In this document: in pieces, positions 13,401 to 41,264 of the stretch | How positions within the stretch are numbered: the first letter of the stretch is position 1 | How the letters are laid out: the number at the start of each line of letters is the position of its first letter | Assembly (NCBI RefSeq): GCF_009914755.1 | Contig: NC_060939.1 | DNA length: 64,000 nt | Reading direction: 5' to 3' (one strand) | Origin: the human T2T-CHM13v2.0 reference genome, Homo sapiens | Program-made: the position numbers and the translations under genes | Notes under the pieces: generated by a model | The model's input: only the letters and a program-made list of their open reading frames with translations | Databases searched by the model: none | Told to the model about the DNA's origin: nothing

Positions 13401-16164
13401 GAACTTCTTGCTGGCTCCTGCCTCCCTGCCTCCTCTACATTGGAGGGAGAGCTGGGCCCTTGGCCAAATAGCCCATCTGAGGTCAAGAGTCAGCAGCAAA
13501 CTTAGTGCCCCTGTGGTCCTTGCTGTCTGACCCATGTAGCAACCGCAGGCAAGTGGGGGTGGGGGATGCTGATTGCAGCTGGAGAATCCCAGGAGCAAGC
13601 ATCTTGAGGAGTTCAAGGTCAGCCTTCTTGTGCTCTGAAACAAATGATAACACAAAAAACTGCTGTTTACTGAATGCTTGAGTATACTAGATACTAGATA
13701 CTGTGAAAAGCACTTTGCAGACATTATTTAAACCACACAATAATTTTACAAAGCACCCCCTTTTACAGATAAGGAAAATGAGTCTGGGAAACTAAATGAC
13801 TTAACCTGGGTCAAATAACAAGTAAGTTATAAGACTAGGATCTGAACCCAAGTCTGTTTGACTCTAAAACTCATGATTCTCTCTCCCTATTCTGGTCTAC
13901 AGATTATGCTAGAAAGAGGGGAGAGTGGAGGAGCTCCTCTTCTCCAAAACCCACACTTACCAAACAGATCTGTTTGGCTTGTTAGAGGTGAGCCTTCATT
14001 TCACAGAAGGACCTCAACTTTATACCCATAGATTTAAGATCTGGAACTCCCTGATGGAGAGAATGGAAAGGAGAGGTGGGCGGAGGAAAATAACCAGAGA
14101 AGGCCTCCTGGAGCTGTTGGAGAGAAACATCGCAAGCTTTGGTGGGGGAGGGAATTGGATTTACAGACCTTGGTCTGCCCCTGGTGTCCTGGAGCCTAGT
14201 TGCTTGGTGTGTGAGGTTCCCATGGCTCACTCCTGTGGCTTCCCTGGGAAGACTGCTGTGTGGTCACCCTCAGGATGAGGACGCTGGGGAAGCAACTCAT
14301 CAAGGTGAGACGGTCAGAGGCAACCCTGCACATGCACAGCTACTCTAGTGCCCACTGGGAGACTCTGCTCATTCTCTTCACTCCCAGATTTAAGTTGCAG
14401 GGAAAATGCATTATTTTTTCATTAAACATTTATTTTGGAATGGATAGCCTTCAGAGATGTAATTAGCCATGTTATTTCTCTCCATTAGCAGTCCCTGGCA
14501 TTTGCTGGAGTTTCTTGTCCTTTTTCCTCTCCATTTCACTCTTTCCATCATCTTTATAATCTAGGTTGCAATACTTCCCCACCCCCACCTCCAACCAGCA
14601 CCACATAGTCTGTTTTTAGACTGAATAACTATTTTAAAACCTGGAGAGGGAGTTATAGCAAACTTCCCCCCCTCCCCACTGGGCTGTAGGATTACAGTCC
14701 CCTGAGCCAGCTAGGAGCTCCACGATGCCCACCACTGCCAACAGGAAGGGGGAGGCAGCTCCACGTGACACTGTGACGGCCTGGCTAGTGGCAAAGCTAG
14801 GCAGAGCTAGGAAGGTTGTTGGCTCCCCATGTTCTGGCTGGATGATCCCAGGTAAGTTACTTAACCTTTCTGAGCTTCTGTTGACTTCATAGTGTTCAAG
14901 GCTGGCACTCACTTAGGTAAAGCACTTCACCGGAGGTATATAGCAAGTGCCCAGTAAAAGGCAGCTGTGGTGGGGAGGTCCACAGGCAAGAGGGAGACTT
15001 GGGGACTAAATGAACAGGAGACATGGGTAGCAGGAAAGGCATAGCCTGGGCTTGGTGAGTCCGAGCTACCTGCTTTGGTGGTGACCCAGGAGCCTGGGCT
15101 GGGGGACAGGTGACAGGTAGAACCATGAGGAAGACCCCTCACGGAGCAGGACTGGGTGGAAAGAGTAGTCAGGAGCTCCGCCTCAGCTGCCCATGGCTGA
15201 GTGTCCCTCTTTTGTCCAGAGTTGCTCCTATGGGTTATTTCTGGAATGCAAGAGAGCTACCTAGGAGGTGGGCTCCCCAAGACCTTAGAGATGGCCCAAA
15301 GTGCAGTAACTCCTTAGCCCTCCAACTAGGTTAGGGGATTTCTAGGGTGACTGGGCTGGTTATTGCTCTGGGGAATCCAACTACCTTGGTGCTCAGAAGG
15401 GAGCTGTCTCCACCACCCCCCGTCCCTGCTATCCTCACGCTAGTGACACATGACGTGCAGCCATCTCCAGCATTGTCAGAAATGCCATGCTCCATGGAGT
15501 TGAGGGCAGAAAGCCTGAAGCCAAAAATCTAAACTTACCCTGGTCCCCCACAAAGAGGGGTAAAGAGAAAAGTGCAGCTTTGGCATGGAAGATCTTTGGC
15601 ATTTTGCAATGAAATAAAATCAGAATGCGTGTGATTTCTATCAAGATCTAGAGTGCCGCAGACTGAGACAGTCATGGGTAGGTATCCTTTGAAGGGGTTG
15701 ATACTTGTTAACAGGGATACAGTTGCATGGCATTTCACAAAGTTGTGTCTTGTTGCATTGACATGAAGGGAACTGGAGTGAACCTGCTTTTTAATACTGG
15801 CCTTACCTGCTTTTATAGTAATCCTGGTCCCCTAGGTCCCCAGAGACATGCAGAGAAGTGGAAATTGGCTCAGAGGGTCTTTGAACTTGTACATGGATGT
15901 CACTACAAGCCTCATGGAAGCAGGCAGCATTTTGATGTGAGTCTAGTTCACAGAAGTAAATTTTCATAGTGATTTTTGTGGACAAGTCCTAGGCATTAGT
16001 AATAATACTGGTGATGCTGAAGATAATAATAACTACCACACATTGGGTGCCTCCTGCGCTCCAGGGCCATGCTTCAATTACCTTCAGTTCTGTAAAGCAT
16101 TACCATCCTCATGGCACATGTGGAGATGCCGAGACTCGGGCAGGGTAGAGAAGATTCGCACTGT

Positions 16165-16690
16165 GTAGAGGACGGCAAACAGCACAACAATGCCCGCCAC
16201 CAGGAGCAGCAGAACCAGGATGTCAGCCCACTCCATGGTTTATAGGTGTCGCCACGAAAGACACGACTCACACAGGCACTAGATGGAACAACACTTTACT
16301 CACACAGAGAAGAGACAGAGTAAGATCAGCTGCAATCATGGGTTCAGTCCCGCATGGCCAGGGGTCTCCTGCTACAGCAGACACAAGGTGACGGTCTGCA
16401 CACACCCCTCTTGTGCAGCAGCGGGTGGACCCTGTTTCCTCCCCACCTGGAACAGATATAACAGTGGGGTTGGCCAGGTGCCTGCCACATGACGCACAAG
16501 CTTAAGCAGAACAAAGAGTACACGCTGAGTCTGAAACAGGAAAAAGATATTCCCACGTAAGGCGATAAGCCCAGCACAAGCTATGAGAGCTCCTTATCTG
16601 TTGGTAAGGAAGTGTTTTTGGCTCAAGGCCACTTGTATGGGGCTGAGCAGAGGTTAAAAAACCACATGCATGAGACTGCCTTTCTCAACC
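16165..16690 (-). mobile_element. ERV-type solo LTR inserted within a MIR
   Basis: Minus strand begins gttgagaaaggcagtctcatgcatg and carries AGTAAA at 16300-16295. MIR-like halves flank it (about 16060-16150 and 16690-16760). Family uncertain. Confidence 0.55.
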
Positions 16691-19038
16691 TAGGTCATAT
16701 CATTGGTGTGCAGCAGAGCCAGGATTTGAACCGGGTCTTTTTGGCACCAAAGCCTATGAGCTTTCTCATTGATGAGAGGTCTTCCCCAGGCCACTCCAAG
16801 TCTCCTCTCCCTCCTCATGCCAGCCACATCAGCTAATGGACAGCCAGATTCAGCAGAGAAAAATGAACTGAGTGGGTTTCTCCCTCCTTGGACTTCTTTA
16901 ATGCAAACACCTAAAATAATATTTTCCCTGAAGAATCCTCACGTATAGAAGTTTAAAGCAGAAAGCTGGATTCCCATCAGAGATGAGAAAATGCATAACA
17001 GAAAAGCAATATATGGGAAACCAAGGCACTTGGGCAATTATGTAAATAAATGGACATGGTAAGGATCATTCAGCCCTGGAAAAAAATGGACACATGTAAT
17101 TCCCTTTCAGAATCTGAAAAAAGAAGAAAGAGGGATGGAATAAAAGCCCTTTTTGCTTCCGTTACAGAGTCCTGCAGTTCTGTTTGAATATTAAGCCTCC
17201 ATGTGGTTGCTATGGGGCTTTTGTAATATGACTAAACTGTATTGGCTCATTTGGGGAAGGGTTATCACCTACAATTCACAGATAGGATGCCAGAGGTTAA
17301 AAGAAGTTCAGTAGTTGATCTATGTTCACCATGTTCGTTTTAGAAGCCAGGTTGAATTGAGCCCTCAGATGTTTCCAATTCCCGACCTGATCCTCATCTT
17401 CTCAAGGAACAATTGCAGTGAATCCTCAGTTGCCTACGTGGTTAATGTGGAAGAACAGAGACATAGATAATCCTAAATGATGTCTATGTCTCTTGCTCTA
17501 AACATTTGCTTTGGAAACTTCTTGCAGACCTTAGAATGAAGCCACCCTAATGTGCAAGGGGCCCCATCCTTACTCCACACCTTCCCTACTCAACGTTGCC
17601 CACCTCCCACTCCATGAAGACCTAGGGGCAGTAGATCAAAGGGAAGAGGCTCTTAACTCTCTCCTAGGTTGAGCTAGGGTAGTGGGTAGAGGAGAGAGGC
17701 CGATAATAAGGCATTTTGATTTAAAAGGCCTTCTGCAGTGCCGCAGGCAAGCAGAACAGAAACAGTAAATGAGACAATGAATTGTGTCCGTGGAAGACTC
17801 CATATGGACAGTGATTCATTATGTTAATAAGGAGGTGAAAGCCAGAGGTTGACTGTATTCTGATTTCATGTCTGGGGAATCTGTAGCTCAGAAGCGGGGA
17901 GCATCCAAATTTGAGGTCAGAGTCCAAATTCCAACACCCAGCTCCTGATTCCAATTTGGTTGGTCGAATTACTATCATCTCCTAATGACTAAGGATGCTT
18001 TAGAGCCAGATGGGACCTGAGTAGAAGTGCAAGCAATGCTTAAGGTGGAGAAGAGTGATGCTGGAGCCAAGCAGAGCCAACTCCTTGGGTCCATGCAACA
18101 AATATTGAGCACCTACTAAGTGCCAAGTGATGGCAGAACTGGCATTGGGAGAGGGAACCACAGAGGAATCTGATGTTGACCCTGGCCTAAAGGAACTCAG
18201 GGTAGGAGGTGATATGGGGCAGGCACAAATCTCTGTCATACATACAGAGAGGGAAGTGAGATGAGGTCTAAGACAGCTTCATTTATTCTCCCATTCAATT
18301 AAATCATTAACTCAGCTACTCAGGCACGATCGTAAGTGCTCCAAATAAAAAGCTAAACAAAACTGATCTCCACCCCAGAAGCTACCATTCCAATGCTGAA
18401 GCTAAGTCACCCCAGGAGGCATATCAAAACACATTCCCCAGCCCCCCAGGCCCCAGCACTGACATACTGATTCTGAATCTTTATAACTGGTACCCAAGAC
18501 ATCTGAAGCCTGGTTTCTAGTTATTCTCCAACTTTGGGCACTGGTCTGGTGGAATAGGGAGGGAGTCCAGCTAAGAGAGTCCAGAGGAAGAGTCAGAGAT
18601 AGAGAGCAAGGCTTCATGGCCCACCTCTCCCTGGAAGCCCTCCTTGACCAGCACAGCCCACACTGATCCCCATGTCCTCTGAATCCAACCTCCACTGCGT
18701 GTTCTGCAGTTTTGCATTTTTCTGTTTGTTGTTGTTTTTTGTTTTTCTTTCTTTCTTTTCTTTTCTTTCCTTTTTTTTTTTTTTCCAAAACTAGCAGGTT
18801 TAATCCCTCTTCTCCTGCTTGTGTCTCATCTCTAAAGGTGGGTGTTCCCGTGTTCCAGGTCATTGTGATGAGAGTTCCAGGGGACTTGTGACACACTGCT
18901 GGCCGGCTCTGTTCAAGTGTGGGAGGTCAGGAGCAGCCAGTTCCTCCTGGGAATGCAACCCATCTCCGAAAAGGATTAAGCATCACTAGGGCTCCAAGTG
19001 AGTTCTGATCAGAGGCTGTTCGGAAGACAGCAGGGGCC

Positions 19039-34421
<15,383 letters not shown>

Positions 34422-34496
34422 GGACACCAAAGCCCGCAGTGGACTGATGCCTTCGATGGGCAGGATGAAGGCCAGGGGCACTGGAGTGAGGGAGTA

Positions 34497-34518
34497 GATA
34501 AAACAGCTGCAATATAAA
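34497..34518 (+). terminator. Probable non-canonical poly(A) signal(s) of TBC1D21 (GATAAA, AATATA/TATAAA)
   Basis: No AATAAA close after the stop codon. Variant hexamers lie 75-95 nt downstream and are followed by GT-rich ggtttgtggtgg. Confidence 0.55.
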
Positions 34519-36696
34519 CAGTCCTCTGGAATAATGGTTTGTGGTGGATGCTATGTCTTTGACCTTAGGGGCTGGGACGCACATGAGGGCTGAGACAGGG
34601 TCGTACGATAGGAAGAGAGGCTGGCTGGCTGAGAGACACATTCTGAGACTAGGGAGGGTGCTTGCTGGAAGAGACTGGGTCAGTGGCTCCTCCTTGATGG
34701 AGGGTTTTCCAAGGCTGCGGTGGATCCATATCTGGATACAAATGGTTAGAGTAGAACCAGCTCTGAAAGGCTTCCAGACCCCTGTGGAGGACAAAACTGA
34801 GCACATTTAATAAGGATTAGTTCATCTGGACTTAGGTCCTGAGAGGAAGGCTGGTCCTGGGGCTCTGCCCCCACCCCCACTGCTCCCCTGAGTCCTGTCA
34901 CATCAATCACACAATTAAGTCATTTTTTCCAGAGATTTCCTGCTAGTCTGTGGAAGGGGCTGGCCTGGAAGAACTATCTGATGAGCAGGCAATTCCCTTC
35001 CTGGTTTCAAAGCCTCCCTCATAATTGTGCCTTCATTTATCAGCCTGCAAATGTGTCCTCAAGCTACATTTTATTTTCCAGTCTTGATCAATCTTTCTTG
35101 AGAATGCACTCTTTGCCCTTGGCCAGGCAGTCAGTTGCTCTGTGAGGAAAAGGTGCATCACACCTGCTCCCCCAGGCTATGCCACAGCCCTGAGCCCCTG
35201 TCCAGCCTGCCCCATGCTCTAGCTGGCCCCTCTGAGGGAAGACATGTAGATGGGCCAGAAAGGCTGAAACTGCAGAAGGGTTGGGGCTGGCTGGGTGCCC
35301 CCAGAGCTGCTCAGCAACACACATACATACACACATACACACACACACGAATGCACACACATACACACTGCCCTGCCCAGTGACTACAAGTTTTCAGGAG
35401 GGCTGACATTACACATGGGCAGGAGGGATCCCTTGCTTTTGCTGTGAACTGGTCCTTAGAGGTAAGGCATGGCCATCCCTCTCACTCTTCAGCCAACTGT
35501 CCCTCCCTCTGCTCCCATCCTGGCACTCTTAGTGACCATCACTCCAAAGCCATTATGTCCCCAATGAGTGCTTGGTCTCCTTCCCCTCAGGCGACAGTCT
35601 CCCATCCAGGACCAGCTCTGAGTCTCTTAGCTGCTGTATCTTTGCTGGAAGGTTGAGGGGGAATGCTGAAGAATGAGGGCCTGTCCCCCCAGCAACACCT
35701 TCTCTGCATGGCTAAAGAGCTCATGTTTGCTGGGCAGGGAGGCACATGGGTCAATTCATATACTACACTTCTCCTTTGCTTTTATGTTCCTAAGGCAGTT
35801 TATTTAAATAAGTGTTCCCGCATGAAAGACAGTTCTCCAAGGATGAAACTGTGTTTGCATTTTGCCAGAGAGGCAGAGAACAAGAGTAAAAGACATCTTG
35901 CTGAGCTAGTTTTGGCCTTGGGAAGAGAACAATCAATAGAAACATCAGATGAACATTTTCTAATGCTTCTTTTAGACTGGTGACTTCAGATGGCCGATTA
36001 TTTTTGGTTGGGACCTACACACAATGCCAAACATCTATTTCAAAACAAACATTTAAGAACTCATCTTCTAGACCACTTGCTGTCAAATCTGTTGTTAAAA
36101 GCACTGGAGCCCCTTTATTACACAGTCCTTCCCAGGAGCCCAGCGGATGAAGTTTGGGTGCAGATCCCAGAGCCCTCTCCCCCGACCACCCCTCTCAAGC
36201 CCCCCTCCTTGAACCTCACATCATTTCCTGTGTTATCTGCAAGGAGCCTCTTGTCTACTAGGGTGCATATTTGAAAACCTGTTAGGTCTTAAGGACGAGG
36301 TGGATTCAATCTTGACACCAAATTGATCCAGATTCAGATAAATCCCAGGTGATGGAGTGATGAAAGTAACAATCTTGGAAGAGTGGAGCTTCTCTCAGCT
36401 CATCTGCAGTACTCCCAGCCCAGCAGACTGTAGATTAGGATCTTCCCACCATGCTGCTATGCAGGTCCTTAAAAATAACACTGGGCTGTATAATTCATTC
36501 ATTTATTCCCCCTTCTCTGGCTCACTTAGTTTATCATTTATACAGCCCAGTGTTGTTTTTCTCTAGTAGGGTCCATTCTGGAGATAGAACTACAGGAAGC
36601 ATTGAAATCCTAGAGCCTAAGTTTGTGTTATGACAGTCTAGTTTATTTCAGCATGCATTTATTCAGTACTGTCTTAGACCATTTGGACTGCTCTAA

Positions 36697-38173
36697 TGAT
36701 GGCAGTGGCAGCCCATCTGGAGCAGCCACTGCCATGATGCCAGCTGCAGTGGGGGAGGCGCAGTGAGGGCTGCATGCTCCATGGAGCCAGTGGGAGCCAG
36801 AAACAGGCAGGAGCCCCGCCCCCTTCCAAGTTGGAGGGGTGGGAGCCCCACCCTCCCTGGCACAGCTGCAGCCACCCTGCCATGGCTGTGGACCCAGGCA
36901 TCTCTGCACTCTTGGGGGCCCTTGAAACCCCCATGCCCTCACAGGCTCAGAACTGCCTGCTCCCACTGCCTGGCCTCTCCCCACTCCTGGTGCCCACTCT
37001 GATTTCGGAGCAAAGCTGTGGCTGAGACCAGGTGCTGTCACAACCCGGCCAGGTGTGCTCACACCTGGGGCAGCACTTACACACCAGCCCCATGCCTTCT
37101 TGGCCCCCCTCTGGACTTTGGGCACCGACAAGCATGGAAGAGAGGCTGAGGGGGTGGGTGCTAAGGATGGCTCGGCATGGGCCTTCAGTCACCCCTCATC
37201 ATGAACAGCCTGGGCACCGTGGATGGCAGGTTAATGACAGCAGGAGGCAGGCAGATCCTGGGTGGAAAGGGGCAGATCCTGGTGAACCCCACCTTCAGGC
37301 CAGGGACAGTCTGAGGACTAGGGGCCAGGCTGCCAGTTCCACAGACTGGAGTGACAACCTATGGGGCTTTTTCTGGGTCTGCCCATGGCCACCCATGGAC
37401 AAATCAGCATGCACTTCCTCCCCTCTGAAGCCCATAAAAATCCCCAGACTCAGCCAGCCTCAGGCAGACTACCGGATGACCTGTCTGTGGAGAGGAGCTA
37501 CTCAGGGCGGGTCTCCTCTGAGCTGTTCTGTTGCTCAATAAAGCAACTCTTTGCCTTGCTCACCCTCCACTTGTCCACATACCTCATTCTTCCTGGATGT
37601 GGGACAAAACTTGAGACCCACCGAATGGCAGGGTTGAAAGAGCTATAACACAAAGAGGGCTGAAACCCACCCCTTGCTTGCCATGTTGCAGGTGACAGGA
37701 AGGAGAGAAGAGAGGAGAGAAGAGCTATAGCCTTTTGGGGATCCCAGACCTAGGAGCTCCCCAAGCCAGGGCTGTGACATCGTCTTTGGGGCTCTGTGGT
37801 TCTTGGTGTCTCCAAGCTTCCATGCACCGCTGCGTTCCCTTGTGCCAGCCATGGATGCTGTTTGTGGTACTCCTGGTCCAGCTGCAGCCAGCACCCATAC
37901 CAGCATCTGGAGCTGCCCCTCCCACCACAGCTGGCATGCTTGGCTGTCTGTGTGCAGTGGCCAGACCCCACACTCATTCGTTCACACACACTTCAACACT
38001 CCATGTCTGGCTCTCCCTTGGCAAGTGTGGGCTCCAGGCCAATAGTGCGAGCCGAATGCCTGCCAGGCTGAGTGGGCAAACAAGCCCAGTAGGCCCGAGC
38101 AAAACTCAGGCAAAGGCGTCACTGTCCACACAGGTTTCAAGCTGGAAAGGAATACCTCAAGAATTCCATGACA
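36697..38173 (+). mobile_element. MER52-type ERV1 solo LTR (about 1.48 kb), TG...CA, 4-bp TSD (c/a)taa, nested in a MaLR end fragment
   Basis: tgatggcagtggcagcccatctggagcagccactgcc start; cataaaa at about 37433; AATAAA at 37537-37542; ends catgaca. Confidence 0.85.
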
Positions 38174-38184
38174 ATAACACAATA

Positions 38185-38580
38185 ATGTCAGTGATGATGG
38201 CGGTGATGGTGATGGTGATGTCGGCAACGTCAGTGATGGTGGTAGTAATGTCAGTGATGGTGGTGAAGCTAATTATATGGCGGTGTTGGTGGCAGAGGTG
38301 TGATGTCATTTATGATGGTGGAGGTGGTAGTGATGGTGACATCAGTGGCAGAGGTGATATAGAATCTGGTGGTGGTAATGATGTCATCACTGGTGGTGGT
38401 GATGATAGTGCTGACTTTTCATTCTGCCAACAAAAACTGACTGTCTCTAATGGTACTCCTTAAATAGTGCCAGAGGAAAAGATGAGATTCAAGGAAGGGA
38501 CTGAAGGGGATTGCAGTGGGGAGGGCTCTGATATTGATGATGGTGTTGGTGGTGAGGGCAATCATGGTGGAGATGAAAAC
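38185..38580 (+). repeat. Degenerate (GGT/GAT)n low-complexity tract
   Basis: Seen directly. Confidence 0.85.
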
Positions 38581-40347
38581 AGTGACTAATTCATTCTGAA
38601 AAAACTAGTGCCCAGCACACTTCCAATGAGCAAGGCCTAGACATAATATCTTTAAATGAATCACCGTGGCCATGAGCATAAAGAAAATGGAAGCAGCCAG
38701 GCCCCATCCAAGCTTTCCAAAACTTGGTCCTGAGCCAGATATGAAAGCTTGGATTGGATTGGCTGCATTTCTTCCAAGCTCTCACCCTCACCTCTCTTTC
38801 ACTCTTCTTCTAAGCCTCTTCCCTGGAGAATTCATTCATTTATTCCTTCTTCTCTGGCTACATTGAATGACCCCAAGGCCACTTTTTGTTCCTGGAGTTA
38901 GGATAATAGCTCTCTACCCACTAACAACTGCACAGAGGCACCGTGGATAAAACTCCAAGTTCTCTGGGCCCCAGGGTCTGTGTTACCCCCCTCAGAGAGG
39001 AAGAAAGAAGGTGGGCTTTTGCACCTACCCTCAGGCTTGCCAGCAGAACCGAGTCCTGGCCTGAAGCCACCAGACCTTTGGTCAGTGGGGAGGAAGGGAT
39101 ACTCCCTCCTTTCAGGAGGAAGAACATAGCTACTAGGAAGGGCCTCCACTGCCCAGGACCCAACCCCAAAGGACAGCTGGTGGGCTGGAGCTTCAGGAGG
39201 TCACGAACAAGGGCACGTGACCCCTACCCTCACAATTATACAGAAGCTGTACTAATTGGGTAATTAATATGTTCCACGCCTTGTGCTAAGCACTCGCATG
39301 CTTTATCTAACAGAATCAGAATTCTGATTCTGATTTCACCCTCATGACTGAATTCAAACTCAGAAACAGGTGCAGTCATTACCCTCCCATTACCAGCGAG
39401 GAACCTGAGGCACTGGGTTACACAGCTAGTGATTTGCCAAGTCCGGATGTGAATGCTGATGGGCGAACCCCAGGGCCCCACTGTTATGCCATGGTATTGG
39501 CTCTTGGGCAGCTTCCGTTTTCACCTCTTTCCCTGCCCACAGCCTCACTTGGCGTCTGCCATCCTCCCGCAGCCCACACTGAGTCTCCTGTCTGGTCCTC
39601 TGCAGAGCAGGCCCTCATCTCACAGGCCACCCCACCCTTGGCAGCTGAAGCCCCACCGATGGGCCGAGATGGTCCAGGGCTGGATGACAGGGGTGGTGTG
39701 TGCAGGAAGCTCTGTCCTACTTCCCTCGTCCCTCTCTGTGCCTTCGATTACCCCAGTAAGTGTGGGAGGGCCCAGATGCAGCCATGTTTACTGCATCTTG
39801 TTTTGAAACAAAGCTCTGAACATTCCTTGTGCATTCCTTCTCCAGGATGGGGAGTGGGCTGGGGGTCTGGGGTTGCAGGAAGTCAGTCTGCAGGGGTGAG
39901 TGTGGGGACCCAAGATGGGGCTGGCAGGTCCCGCATGGAAGCAGCAGCAGCAAAGCCTGGGCAGCTGGGGTGGGCCAAGTGTTGTGAGGGGAGAGGCGCG
40001 CAGCTCTGGGAGACAGGGTGGAGGAGGGCTGTGCAGGAGTAGCCTCTCTTTCCTATCCCTGCCCCTGCCGACCTTTCTCTGGACCAGCCCCCATGGCAGA
40101 GACCCCCTGGATGGAACAAGACCAAGGCAGAGAGGAGGGAATTTCCAGTTGGTGCCAAGTGCCATCAGCCACACTGCTCAAGAGGGAAAAGGACTTATTT
40201 CTGGGACCTCAAACAAAAGCACTAGCTCCACTGTCCTGCCAGACCCTGGTGCTCGCTGAGCTTGTAGTGGGGAAGAGATTCACAACCAGAAATGAAGGAG
40301 GCTGGTGGCAGGCACGGGAGGGCGGAGTCACAAGCAATAGCATTTAG

Positions 40348-40506
40348 TCTGGGTGCACATTAGAATCACCAAGGGAGCTTTTTAAAAATAACCAATTCCC
40401 AGGGCCCACCAATTAAACCAGCATATCTAGGGGTGGGGCCAGGGCACTGGTCTTTTTCAAAAGCTCCCAGGTGGTTCTAAAGTACGGTCAGGAATGAGAA
40501 CACCTG
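40348..40506. mobile_element. MER5-type DNA transposon
   Basis: tgcacattagaatcaccaagggagctttttaaaaatacc...aaagctcccaggtggttctaa. Confidence 0.75.
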
Positions 40507-41264
40507 AGTTCAGAACAGGAGTTTAATGAAGGGGGATTAGTGATCAGCTGGTTTGACTCCTTCCTTCCACTTAGAGGGAGTTCAAGGAAGTCCTCACAGT
40601 GAGTGATTACGGACCAGAGAGGACAGGAGTGACTGTGCAGGGCACTGTCCAGGAGCAGAGCTTGTCTCCGCAGTCGATCTCCTGTTACTCTCCTTCCTGG
40701 ACCACACCAATGGCTGCCCTCTTTCCAGGAGCTCTGGAATAGACCTCCCTACCCTCCCATCTTAGAGCCCTTCAGCTGACTGACTCTAGAATTAAGCATT
40801 CCAAGTTCTATTCTGAGCCGGCACATAAAAGAATTTCTTTAGGGAGTTAGTAAGAGCCAAAGTCTCAAAAGTCTGACCCTCACCTGCAGTGATATGCAAA
40901 TTGTACCCGAACACCGGTAGTGCAGCATTCAGAGGCTGGGAGCAAATAGGATGCAAATGTATGCAATCATTATGCAAACAAGGGCAGCCCAGATTAATGG
41001 CCTCAATCTTTCAACTAGACAGCAGCTGTCTCTTTACGTACGGGCATGGCTGACATAGAGGACTGAATTGTCTCCTGTCAGAAGCATCCTGAGGAAGGGT
41101 CAGCTCTCAGGTCAAGAGGAGGGATTGTTCGGACACCTGGCTTGCCGATGCTCTGCTCTGAGAAATCTGCGCAAAGATGTCTGTCAGCCAGGCAGGATAT
41201 TCTTCTCTGCCCGGGCTCCTCACTCAAGTCCCAGGAACAATGCTAGGCACTGAACTTTGTGGGG

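Noticed and set aside
17206-17219. RFX X-box-like GTTGCTATGGGGCT 1.8 kb upstream of the TBC1D21 ATG
   Set aside because: Only one good half-site; cannot be supported without ChIP data.
37735-38463. 242-aa ORF, the longest in the track
   Set aside because: Lies in the MER52-type LTR and GGT/GAT low-complexity sequence; no gag/pol/env motifs.
39344-40042. 232-aa ORF
   Set aside because: Starts in MIR-like sequence, is GC-rich and stop-poor, and has no recognisable domain or splice support.
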